Under the pieces are notes generated by a model that saw only the letters and a list, made by a program, of their open reading frames with translations, was not told where the DNA came from and ran no database searches. Both the position numbers and the translations under genes were made by a program. DNA of 64,000 nt from positions 33,654,388 through 33,718,387 of the forward strand of contig NC_092670.1 in the NCBI RefSeq assembly GCF_964355755.1, given 5' to 3'. Positions 51,901-59,977 of the stretch are shown in pieces (the stretch's first letter is position 1; every line of letters begins with the position of its first letter). Source of the stretch: Antedon mediterranea. Lineage: Eukaryota > Animalia > Echinodermata.

Positions 51901-54900
51901 TTGATATCATTGCTTTGACTGAGATTCTACCAAAGAAGTACTTTTTTGAATTGTCTATAGAAGAGTTTCATATCTCTGGTTTTCAGATGTTTTTGCCAAA
52001 TGAAAAGCTTTCATCTGGTAGAGGAGTTGTTATTTATGTTCGAAATGGGATGTCTGCCACTCCGGTTTTGTTTAAAGATATTTTGTTTGAGGAATCCATG
52101 TTTGTAGAGATTAAAGTCAAGGATCGCACTTTTTTAATTGGATGTGTGTATAGAAGTGACGCCGGATCTAGTGTCAATAATTCTGCTTTGTGTTCTCTGT
52201 TTAGAAAAGTGGCATCCTTTTCTTGTTCTGATTTTATTATAGTTGGAGATTTCAATTATAGGAGTATTAATTGGGAGCTAGGATATGTGACTGGTGAAGA
52301 TGGTAAAAATAGTCAGAATTTTTTCGACACCATTATTGACTTATTTTTAACTCAGCATGTACGAGACCCAACCCGTTACAGAATAGGAGAACAGGCCAAT
52401 GTTCTGGACCTGGTACTTACATCTAATGAGGATTCTATTAGTGAGGTCCTTCAAGCTCCACCATTAGGTAAGAGTGATCATATGGTACTTCAATTTAAAA
52501 TTCCAGTTAATTTAATCAAAGAAGAGGTGGTAGAGGTCAGAAATTATTTCCATGCTGATTATGATAGGTTTCGTGGTTTTCTTGATGGTGTCGATTGGGA
52601 CACTGAGTTATTGGATAAGGACGGGTTACACTCGCACGGTTCTTTTGATGAGATCTTATCTAGAGGTATGGAACAGTTTGTTCCAAAGTGTAAGAAACAC
52701 TTGTCTGGAAATGTTAAGAGACCTTTGTGGTATACTAAGGAGGTTGATAAGTCTATTAAACAGAAGAATAAATGCTGGAAACAGTATATCAAAGCAAAAC
52801 GGAAAGGGCATGACTGTGCTAGTGTCAAATGGAACACGTTTATTAGAGTAAGGAATGATACTGTCAATTTGATTAGGAGTTCTAAAAGCATCTTCGAAAA
52901 TAAGATTGCAAATGAGGTTAAAGTCAATGAAAAGTCTTTTTGGCGCTATGTAAATTCTCAGTTAAACACCAGATCTGGTATTCCTACTCTTAGAAATGTT
53001 GAAGGTAAACTTGTTGTAGATGACCAAGATAAAGCCGAGTCTTTTAATTCTTTTTTTAGCAGTGTCTTTTGTAAGGAGAACTTATCGAATGTTCCGAATC
53101 TTGATAAAAAGATTGAGGCTTCTTTGTCAGATATTGAGTTTAATGTAGAAGATATTCATAAACTGTTGTCTAACTTAGTTATAGATAAGTCAGCTGGCCC
53201 TGATGGCTTTCACCCACGGGTTTTGATTGAATTAAAGGATCAAATTGCTTACCCTCTCAGTCTAATATTCACTAGATTATTCATTGATCATAAGGTCCCT
53301 CTATCGTGGAAGGAGGCAATTGTAATACCTATATTTAAGAAAGGCAAAAAGGAAGACCCGGCTAACTACAGACCGGCTAGTTTAACGTCGGTCATAGGGA
53401 AAATGATGGAAAGGATTATTAGGGATAAACTTGTAATGTATCTTGAGAGTAATGGTCTTTTGTGCAATGAGCAATTTGGATTCAGACAAGGTAGATCATG
53501 TGCATTACAACTACTTGAGGTCCTGGAGAGTTGGACTACTAACCTGGATAACCATGATAGCTTTGATTGTGTCTATTTAGACTATAAAAAGGCCTTTGAT
53601 AGTGTGCCACACCAAAGGCTTCTAGTCAAATTGAAAGGTTTTGGTATTACGGGAAATCTACTAGGATGGTTCTCTAATTATTTGTCAAATAGAACACAAC
53701 GAGTTAGTGTCAATGGTCAATTGTCATCACAGGCTCCAGTATTAAGTGGAATTCCACAGGGTAGCGTTGTGGGCCCAATCTTATTTTCAATCTTCATTAA
53801 CGATTTACCTGATGTTGTCGAATCTAGTATACGTTTATTTGCAGACGACACCAAGTTGTATAGAGTGGTCAATAACATTGATGATGCGGATTTATTTCAA
53901 AGAGACATTGACAGTGCTTCCCATTGGTCTAATGTTTGGCAATTGCCTTTTAATGACACTAAGTGTAAGGTATTTCATTATGGTCGTGATAATCCCAATT
54001 TCTTGTATTCAATGGCTGGTAATTTACTACATGAGGTAAAGCAGGAGAAAGATCTAGGTGTTACCTTTGATCCTAGTTTAATCTTTAATTTGCATGTAGC
54101 GGATATTTGTAAAAGAGCTAATAAGAAACTAGGAATGATTTAAAGATCTTTTAAATTCTTGAATAAAGATGGATTTTTGAAGCTGTATAAGTCTATTGTC
54201 AGGCCAACGCTTGAATATTGTAACACTGTTTATAGTCCTATTAGAAAACGAGATCAGGATGAAATAGAGAAAGTCCAGCAAAGAGCAACAAGATTGATTC
54301 CTAGGTACCGTAATATTCCTTATGAACAACGTTTGAGAATTCTTGGTCTTCCTACCATGAGATATCGAAGGCAGAGAGCAGATATTATCCAAGTTTTTAG
54401 GATTGTTAAAGGTTTCGATCGTATTTCGATCAACACATTTTTTGAATTTGATCTAGAATCTCGGACCCGTGGACACCCATATAAACTCAAGTTTAAAAGC
54501 TCTCGTCTTAATATTAGGAGGGACACGTTCTCCAGGAGAGTTATTCTCTTATGGAATGCTCTGCCTACGGATGTAGTTTCATGTGCTACGGTGAACTTGT
54601 TCAAAGCAAAACTTAACGTCGCATGGTCTAACCACCCGCTGAAGTTTTCACCCTATATAGAATATGATTTTATTGCTAAGAGGGGCTTTTAAGCACTGAG
54701 TGCTTCGCCTCGATCCCGTAGACGAAAGTGTACGGGAAACAAGTAAACAAGTAAACACTGAGTTTTTGAGCAACACAGGACCCCTATTGTTGGCATATGG
54801 CGAATTGTAAAATGACACCGCTTGGTGACCGCAAATGGCACTCTCGCACGTAAAATTCATGATAAATGTCACATCTAGTTCGCCGAAAATGTCATTCTAT

Positions 54901-57389
54901 AGTGCGCTAGCAAACAAAGGATTGTAGACTATATTATTCCGCTGGTAATAAAACATACGTACGCGATATTTTGTGCGTTCAATGCGAACGTCAAGTCATT
55001 GATGAAGGTACTTATGGTACAGTCATACATTCTAATAACTGTAATCGACTAATGCAAATTAATTATTAATTTGTTTAAAAAAAATATGAAGCTGCTGCTA
55101 TAAATATATTGAGCAAAACATTAACTTGCATTATTTTGAATTAAATGCTATATATATATATATATATAACCAATATTTTCAAATTTCATTTTCAATTATC
55201 CACTATAAACTGTACAAGTGTTGCTTAGACCACCCTTCAAAATAAAACGAAGAACATTTGCAGACAGAAGCAAAATTTGCTCTGCTACCGGATAACGTGT
55301 TTCAAAGTTCAGGATGTCGATAAATTACTATTTCACCTAATATTTACGGACGTGCGGAAATGAAGATAAATAGGGTACTACACGCGTCGGAAATACAAAC
55401 TATACGTACAATGATTTGGCCTTAAAATATGGAAAACCCAGACAAAACACAATAATCGATTGGCAATATGCCTAGGGAAACGATATGAATATATTTCATT
55501 TGTCGATTTTATTTTACGCAAAGTTCATGTGTGAATGCTTGATCCATTAGAGGGTAATCTGATGGCGCTAGTAACACTAGGAGGGTGAAGTCTGGTAATG
55601 TGTAATGATAATTTAACAAGCCAGAGATGAAATAAAATCACGAAAACATTTAGCTGATTGTTGTTGTGTTAGTCGGCGTCAGAAGTTTATCGACCGACAT
55701 CACATATCTATTTCTCATGTGTAGTAGAGCGTTTTTATTGAATAATTTTGTTCGTAAGTTCATTTTAAGTAAATTGAAAACCAATGGTTTATTCAAATTC
55801 AACACTGTAACTAATCCCTCACTATTCAATAATTATATTAATATACTATACTATTATATTGTTGAAAAATGGATTGCGTGATATGAAAATTGATTGACAG
55901 TAAAACGTAACAAAGATACGTTTTAGTCTGATTATTAGGTATCCATACAGTGATGAAGCTGAAGTATTTTGTAGCGTTCATTGTAAAGGTAGTTAAAATC
56001 GTTGCCATTACTTTTTTTTTACCAATTTTAACAATTAACCTAACAACAAAACATTCAACAATGATAAAATGCCCTGCAACTCTGTAACTACTTTACGATT
56101 AAGCATATCAAGGTCCGGGTCCCTCCACACCCCCAACCCTAAATTTTAAAAGAACCCTTTTTTTATTATTTTAATCTTTTTTTAATTATGTGACATATTT
56201 GTGTGTATGTTTGGATACACAACGGCAAAAACGCAAGCAAACAGCAATACGATCGTAGCAGAAACACACGCGATGAAAAATAGGATAACATAACATGCTT
56301 CAATTCCCGATGAAGTAACTTCCGTTACGGTAATAAATTATGTACATTAATTATTATTATCAATTATTAATGATTTTAAAAAGTTAGAAAAAAAAATATG
56401 AAGCTGCTGCTATAAATATTGAGAAAAACGTTTAATTGCATTATTTTTAATTAAATGCTAAATAAGTAAAACAACAATTTAACTGTATATAAAATAATAA
56501 ATATAACTTTGAAATAATGATGGAAATTTTGCAGAAAGAAGACAATTTTTCTCAACTACCAGTATAAAACTGTTACTACAGGAATGTACGGACGTATACG
56601 GAAATGTAGATAAATAGGGTACTACAGTACACGGAAAAACCAAAATTATGATTGGGCCTTAAATTATGGAAAACCTCCGGCAAAACGCAATAATTATGAA
56701 CAAATTGACTAACCCTATGATTAGTGTTTGTAAGCCTCTTTTTGTACCTTTTATGATAAGGAGAGATACATTTCCCTGCTCTCATGACGCCGCACCACAA
56801 GCAACAAGTCAGAAAAAAAATTCATTTTGCGCATGCATTTACAAAAAAATACGTCGACCGCCGTTGTATATTGTGCTAGGTATAGTAGGTCTTTAGTGAC
56901 TGCTGGTTAAATATTACGGTGCATTCTGAAAATTTACAAATATTCTCTTCCAGACTGGACTTATATAACGTTATATGAATATTGTATACGATGAAATGGG
57001 ACGTAAATTTTTATTTAGTGGCAGAAACAAAATTTAGTATGAAATTAAGGATGTTGCCCTGGTCACTAGAGCAACAACCCTGGGTCCGCCCCTGAGCTGA
57101 AATACATGGAATTAAGTTTTATTTACTTACTTTTTGTTTACTAGATTTATGAAATTCAATCATAATTTAAAATCTAAACTTACAGCACCAGTGTATTTAC
57201 AGGAATTCCAACTGGCCATTCATTGAGTCTACGGTTCGTACAATTCACTATTCGTGTTCTTTCTGTGCATTCACAAACTGCATTCACTTTAGTATCATTA
57301 CTACATGCAACCTCAAAACATATAGATGATTCCACCAACAAACAAAACGATAAAAAAGTCAATAAATTATGAGACATCATCTTAAACAT
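15032..57389 (-). CDS. 19-exon gene for an LRR / Cys-rich repeat / multi-pass membrane protein (~1107 aa)
   Basis: Exons with canonical AG/GT and matching phases: 57389-57184, 49784-49713, 49233-49174, 48950-48882, 41024-40953, 40208-40140, 39592-39515, 39174-39103, 30784-30716, 30493-30422, 30133-30068, 28509-28375, 28137-28069, 27718-27644, 27517-27446, 27322-27263, 17306-17128, 16989-15286, 15156-15032. They splice into one open frame of 3324 nt. Additional missed LRR exons cannot be excluded. Confidence 0.85.
15286..16989 (-). CDS. Exon 18: ephrin-receptor-like/TNFR-like Cys repeats plus ~9 TM helices
   Basis: Lies within the 592-aa ORF; CQQCPIGSFS, CQTCPSGT, CMPCPEGVTC, GYW, CAKGYTGWLCAACSKGYY, then KISINFYQV, WP, YKHTFWFWESFEL, QPMK and hydrophobic segments; GCAG acceptor, GTAAG donor. 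Confidence 0.93.
17128..17306 (-). CDS. Exon 17: linker plus first Cys-rich repeat
   Basis: ICVTED...CSPCQKGTYK...SCKKCPPG; phase 2 in, phase 1 out. Confidence 0.9.
18048..18612 (-). mobile_element. Penelope-like GIY-YIG 3' fragment, same family as 3372-4200
   Basis: NVIYLIYCNICGKQYVGETKNTLRMRMTQHRS near-identical to the first copy; 3' region ends in CTGATGAAGAGC. Confidence 0.9.
18626..19040. repeat. Foldback segment with repeated CGAAGTGACACTAAC motifs and a perfect hairpin
   Basis: 49-bp perfect arms 18917-18965 / 18969-19017 with a GCA loop. Confidence 0.85.
20137..20378. repeat. 34-bp minisatellite (AACAGCAACGTACACCAACAATGGCGTAACCTCC)
   Basis: About 7 tandem units; continues at 24525-25222. 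Confidence 0.9.
20383..20800. repeat. 49-bp minisatellite
   Basis: AACTATAACTCCAATAGTAACACAACCAGTAGGCTGTACCCTCTGGCTC, about 8 copies. Confidence 0.92.
20800..24520 (-). mobile_element. Degenerate Gypsy LTR retrotransposon with internal deletions
   Basis: PBS TGGCAGCAGTGGGAT (24328-24314, tRNA-Leu-like) after an LTR end ...CGTTACA; gag (RRQKPNETL), CCHC knuckle CYNCQQKGHLARQC, protease LVDAGASDTV, integrase C-terminus PKLQCKWHGTY...VHVDQMKPY; RT missing. Confidence 0.88.
24525..25222. repeat. 34-bp minisatellite interrupted by a short (ATT)n-containing insert
   Basis: About 16 units; insert ~24630-24785. Confidence 0.9.
25225..27032. repeat. Family-A tRNA-like array: three direct units then two inverted units
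   Basis: Period ~365 bp on + up to 26390; reverse-complement units 26402-27032. Confidence 0.92.
26207..26278 (+). tRNA. tRNA-like gene, anticodon ATC (Asp-like), best-preserved family-A copy; probably repeat-derived
   Basis: GCCCCAG/TTGGGGC acceptor stem, TCTGC/GCAGG anticodon stem with loop ATATCAA, CCGAG/CTCGG T-stem, intact A and B boxes, T5 tract 2 nt downstream. Confidence 0.5.
27263..27322 (-). CDS. Exon 16 (60 bp), last LRR / cap
   Basis: IYLNCGGLQSLPNGIEKNIK; TAG/GTAAAG. Confidence 0.85.
27446..27517 (-). CDS. LRR exon 15 (72 bp)
   Basis: IYLFDNKLDKIGENALSNMKENGT; CAG/GTAAG. Confidence 0.9.
27644..27718 (-). CDS. LRR exon 14 (75 bp)
   Basis: LFLYGNEIANITYQTLTTNGKTLKY; CAG/GTGAG. 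Confidence 0.9.
28069..28137 (-). CDS. LRR exon 13 (69 bp)
   Basis: LMLMGNSITSIEEGAFSGTNLQF; AG/GTAAG. Confidence 0.9.
28375..28509 (-). CDS. LRR exon 12 (135 bp, two repeats)
   Basis: LDLSWNNLTSLEDGRIPPVQNILLHKNKIQHISKNIFSDMESLER; AG/GTAAG. Confidence 0.9.
28880..29130 (-). mobile_element. Degenerate LINE RT C-terminal fragment
   Basis: CIRSNSLNRKFMKCSTNIKCCLFRSYC resembles the post-RT region of CR1/L2-group LINEs. Confidence 0.4.
30068..30133 (-). CDS. LRR exon 11 (66 bp)
   Basis: LQFTNNQLTELPNIVNSRIEFL; AG/GTAAG. Confidence 0.88.
30422..30493 (-). CDS. LRR exon 10 (72 bp)
   Basis: ISLAENKIRFIDKDAFVAVDTIRL; AG/GTGAG. Confidence 0.9.
30716..30784 (-). CDS. LRR exon 9 (69 bp)
   Basis: IFLFGNSLQSIPARAFQGKYFKE; AG/GTAAG. 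Confidence 0.9.
32001..34140. repeat. Family-B tRNA-containing repeat cluster in direct and inverted orientation with (TA)n spacers
   Basis: At least six copies of GGCTCTGTGGTCTAGTGGTATGATACTCGCCCTGTAAGCGAGAGGTTGCAGGTTCGAATCC in both orientations. Confidence 0.9.
34880..37015 (+). mobile_element. Degenerate Penelope-like element (RT plus GIY-YIG) with a nested LINE fragment
   Basis: KIHK..RPIV, SHDVVSLFTNIPV, WKRYVDDIL, YRKPTHTDQYLHFESHHP, VYEIPC..C..TYIGET; many stops. Confidence 0.85.
35240..35985 (+). mobile_element. L2/CR1-group LINE 3' fragment nested in the Penelope element
   Basis: KINKLQKRIARMITNS...LKMLNIYD...FMFK, followed by an AT-rich 3' UTR with AATAAA. Confidence 0.7.
37316..38460 (+). 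mobile_element. Helentron/HINE-like element
   Basis: Starts AACTAG; subterminal GGTTATCCGC near the 5' end and hairpin GGTTATCCGC-CAAGT-GCGGATAACC before an A-tract at the 3' end; internal GCGCGC motifs similar to 6950-7400. Confidence 0.55.
39103..39174 (-). CDS. LRR exon 8 (72 bp)
   Basis: VFVSNNPNLEKISTGTFKNITTGS; AG/GTAGG. Confidence 0.88.
39515..39592 (-). CDS. LRR exon 7 (78 bp, atypical repeat)
   Basis: LRIQFDIEIQVLCENAFALATDYTVE; TAG/GTAAGT, phase 2-2; lacks the conserved Asn. Confidence 0.7.
39630..39850. repeat. Degraded, rearranged family-A repeat
   Basis: CTCGATTGGATAGCGACTCTTTAACATTCTCGG (inverted) fused to CACAGAT...TTATCGTTTCAAATTAAT (direct). Confidence 0.8.
40140..40208 (-). 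CDS. LRR exon 6 (69 bp)
   Basis: LHISENHILGIEPFTFVNVQLNL; polypyrimidine CAG / GTAAG. Confidence 0.9.
40230..40900. repeat. (AGT)n microsatellite / low complexity in intron 5
   Basis: Long AGT run. Confidence 0.95.
40953..41024 (-). CDS. LRR exon 5 (72 bp)
   Basis: VNIDRNSISILKNTTFKGSNLVNH; AG/GTAAG. Confidence 0.9.
41484..44864. mobile_element. Non-autonomous DNA transposon with ~400-bp TIRs and 3-bp TSD (Academ-like)
   Basis: TAC|TAGTAC...GTACTA|TAC; TIRs ~41484-41880 and ~44410-44864; the paralog has a single TAC at ~6358. Confidence 0.75.
46519..46590 (+). pseudogene. Degenerate tRNA-Val pseudogene
   Basis: GGCTTCTTGGCGTAGTGGTTATCACG...GCAGAAGGTACCTGGTTCAAGCCCGGGCTAAACC followed by T8; stems broken. 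Confidence 0.65.
46800..46870 (+). tRNA. tRNA-Val(AAC), likely pseudogene
   Basis: GGTTTCG/CGAAACC acceptor stem, TCTGC-TTAACAC-GCAGA anticodon arm; D-stem and T-stem mismatches; T5 downstream. Confidence 0.7.
48882..48950 (-). CDS. LRR exon 4 (69 bp)
   Basis: VYAMNNMLTEVSTCFNDLPHLST; AG/GTAAG, phase 2-2. Confidence 0.9.
49174..49233 (-). CDS. LRR exon 3 (60 bp)
   Basis: INLANNSLTSLPKFPKTIAS; AG/GTAAG, phase 2-2. Confidence 0.9.
49713..49784 (-). CDS. LRR exon 2 (72 bp)
   Basis: LYLSDNNLKKIDTNALLELQDLIS; AG/GTAAG, phase 2-2. Confidence 0.9.
49838..50065 (+). mobile_element. Degenerate tRNA-derived SINE
   Basis: B-box GGGTTCAAGTCCC after a tRNA-like 5' end; not seen in the paralog. Confidence 0.4.
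50893..51781 (+). pseudogene. CR1 ORF1 (PHD finger, coiled coil), frameshift near 51600
   Basis: C-x2-C...C-x2-C-x4-H-x2-C...WYC-x2-C; RKSNLMLY, FRVGK. Confidence 0.85.
51828..54692 (+). pseudogene. CR1 ORF2 (APE plus reverse transcriptase), frameshift near 54140
   Basis: TE, YRS, GDFN, LDLVL, SDH; GPDG, NYRP, QFGFR, KAFD, GIPQGS, FADD; EKDLGV, RPTLEY, EKVQQRATR. Confidence 0.92.
55040..56700. repeat. Diverged ~400-bp direct duplication in intron 1
   Basis: AAAATATGAAGCTGCTGCTATAAATAT at ~55082 and ~56393; GATAAATAGGGTACTACA at ~55365 and ~56609. Confidence 0.7.
57184..57389 (-). CDS. Exon 1: signal peptide plus LRRNT cap
   Basis: MFKMMSHNLLTFLSFCLLVESSICFEVAC...CECTERTRIVNCTNRRLNEWPVGIPVNTLVL; typical LRRNT (C-x-C...V-x-C...L...P..IP); GTAAGT donor, phase 2. 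Start could be ATG 57389 or 57380. Confidence 0.85.
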
Positions 57390-57484
57390 TTTTGCAGATA
57401 AATGCAAATGTAGACTGCCTCTACGGCAGTTATAGATTGTGAGAAACTTTACAAAGGACAATGCTGTATTATATGACGCAATAC

Positions 57485-57610
57485 AATTCAACCGTTTAAG
57501 GTTTTATTTGTGTTTCTTTATATAAAAGTATGTTTTGAAACAATTCATTCACCAATACGAACAATTTCCGGGTTCAATGCATTGGTTGTGTTCTAGTATT
57601 ATTGGCTGCT
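57485..57610 (-). promoter_or_regulatory. Putative core promoter of the LRR gene
   Basis: TATATAAA on the minus strand near 57524-57517, CCAAT motifs near 57585 and 57605, and CCGGAAAT near 57570, about 130-220 bp upstream of the ATG; motif inspection only. Confidence 0.4.
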
Positions 57611-58029
57611 CTTTCAATACAAATACAAACAGACGTTAAGACAACAACACAATGTGTGTAACCTCGTGATGTTTTGTCATCTTAACGATCCTAACCATTG
57701 ATTGTGCCATTATATAATACAATGTAGGACTTGATTTTAGAAAATGAAATGCAAAATAAAAAGAAAGTAAAACAAAATTATTGGTTGGTTTCAAATTCAT
57801 GGGTTGATTAAATAAGGAAACATAAACAACAAAAGCAAAAGCATGCTATGATTTGTTTGTTTAGCAGAGATGTTAATATTTTAAAGGAATGGATTATGAA
57901 TTCTGATGACGATCAGTGCTGTCTAAAATAAACAATTAAAAAGAATATATAACTTATTTTAAAAACATGCTTTACCTAAGTATATTGTTTAAAGTGGTAT
58001 TGTAACAAACTACCCATAACACAAACCAT

Positions 58030-59977
58030 TGTAGTGTCGTACAGTTTATAAATGGGTTATTTAGTAAACACATCCTGGCAACGCCAGACTCATGTAGAAT
58101 ACGCATGCGTGCAGGACACGCTGTTGTACCCAAAAGCAATGGTAAAACGCGAATGGTTGTGGACATGCGTGAGGCAAACAAAGCGATAGGACGCGAGAGG
58201 TACTTAACGCCAACGCTAGATGATATAATTTGCAAGCTAACAGGCGCTACCGTGTTTAGCAAAATCGACATGAACAGCGGGTACCAACAACTACTTCTGC
58301 ATCCTGATTCACGCAACATAAGTACATTCTCTACGCACAAAGGACTGTATCGTTACAAGCGATTATTTTACGGTGTCAACGCTGCGCACGAGATCTTCAA
58401 TGAAAAAGTAAAAAACATGCTGAGCGGAGTACAGAACCAACTCAACATAAGTGATGACATTATAATTTTTGGTAAAGACACTAAGGAACATGATGAAGCT
58501 TTAAATGCTGTATTTGAATGTTTGCGTGATTCTAATGTTACAGTAAACAAAGATAAATATTATTAAGAGGCAAAAATATCATTATCCCCCTTAGCTTAAG
58601 ACGTAAAGTTGTTGACCTCGCTCACGAAGGGCACCAGGGGATAGTTAAGACAAAGAATTTATTGCGTTCTAAGGTCTGGTTCCCCAAGTTAGACAAACTT
58701 AGTGAAATAGTTGTAAAGGAGTGTATGTTGTGCCAGGCTGCAACTCCTCAGTCAGTACGAGCCCCACTCAAAATGTCTGGTTTACCACAAAACAGATGGG
58801 AGCAGGTTAGCATAGATTTTGGTCATGTTAACAATGAATATAATTATAATGGTTGTAATCGATGATTACTCACGGTTCCCTGTTGTCGAGCTCCTAACTT
58901 CAACTTCAGCAAATGCTGTGATTCCGAAAATTGACATGCTAGGGGTTCCCAAGGTTGTCCGGTCAGATAATGGCCCACCCTTCAACAGTGATGCATTTGA
59001 TAAATTTTCAAAATATCTTGGTTTCCATCACAGGAAAGTAACTCCATTGTGGCCCGAGGCCAATGGTGAAGTCGACCGCTTTATGCGCACGTTCAAGAAA
59101 GTATTATATACCTCTGAACACTGGAAACAAGACATGTACGTCTTTTTAAGAAATTATAGGGCGACCCCACATTGTACAACGGGTGTTTCGCCAGCAATGG
59201 CCCTCTTGGGTATGGACCTTAATATTCGATTTCCATCTCTTAAAAGGGAGGAGAGTAGTAACGATGAGTCACTACGACAAACTGACAATCGAAACAAAAT
59301 TAAAATGAAGTATGATGCTGAAAAAAGGAGATGCATATCAGAATGTAATCTCAACGTAGGTGACACTGTGTTAGTAAAGCAAGAAAGAAAGAACAAATTT
59401 ACCACACCTTTCTGTAAAACACCTTTAATCATTGTACATAGAAATCATGATCTAATTACAGCTAAACACCCAGATGGTAATAAGATAACCAGAAACTGGT
59501 CACATTTTAAAAAGGTGAATCTGCCAAATAGGGCACATGTAAATCCAAAACCGGTTTATAATGATGATACTGTTGTAGTGGGACAAGATCCGATCCCACA
59601 ACAGACACGCAGATCTTGTAGACAAGCAAGACGGCCTCAAAGGCTAGTTGAGGAATAATGCTATGCATTAGTCCAGAAAGTGAAAGCGTTAAGTTGTTTG
59701 TATATAGTAGTTAGCAGTTTGTAAAAAAAAATGTTTAAACAATAACTCTTATTTCAATATCACAGTGTGCATTTTAAATCTAGTAGAAGGGAGATGTAGT
59801 GTCGTACAGTTTATAAATGGGTTATTTAGTAAACACATCCTGGCAACGCCAGACTCATGTAGAATACGCATGCGTGCAGGACACGCTGTAGTACCAAACA
59901 GCATGTAATAAAAAGATAGAACTGCAATTTATAGTGTCTACCGAATCGTCATTAAAGTCATCGTAAACAATATTACA
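58030..59977 (+). mobile_element. Internally deleted Gypsy LTR element with 5-bp TSD ACCAT
   Basis: Partial 5' LTR 58030-58130; RT (VVPK, VDMR, FSKID, ISDDI); integrase (HHCC, IDF, SDNGPPF, ANGEVDR); PPT AGAAGGGAGA; 3' LTR 59795-59977 (TG...CA). Confidence 0.93.

Larger units (their letters stand above)
50460..54756 (+). mobile_element. Near full-length CR1-clade LINE, antisense in intron 1
   Basis: ORF1 with PHD finger, ORF2 with APE endonuclease and RT, 3' tail (AAGTAAAC)n; 5' boundary approximate. Confidence 0.92.
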
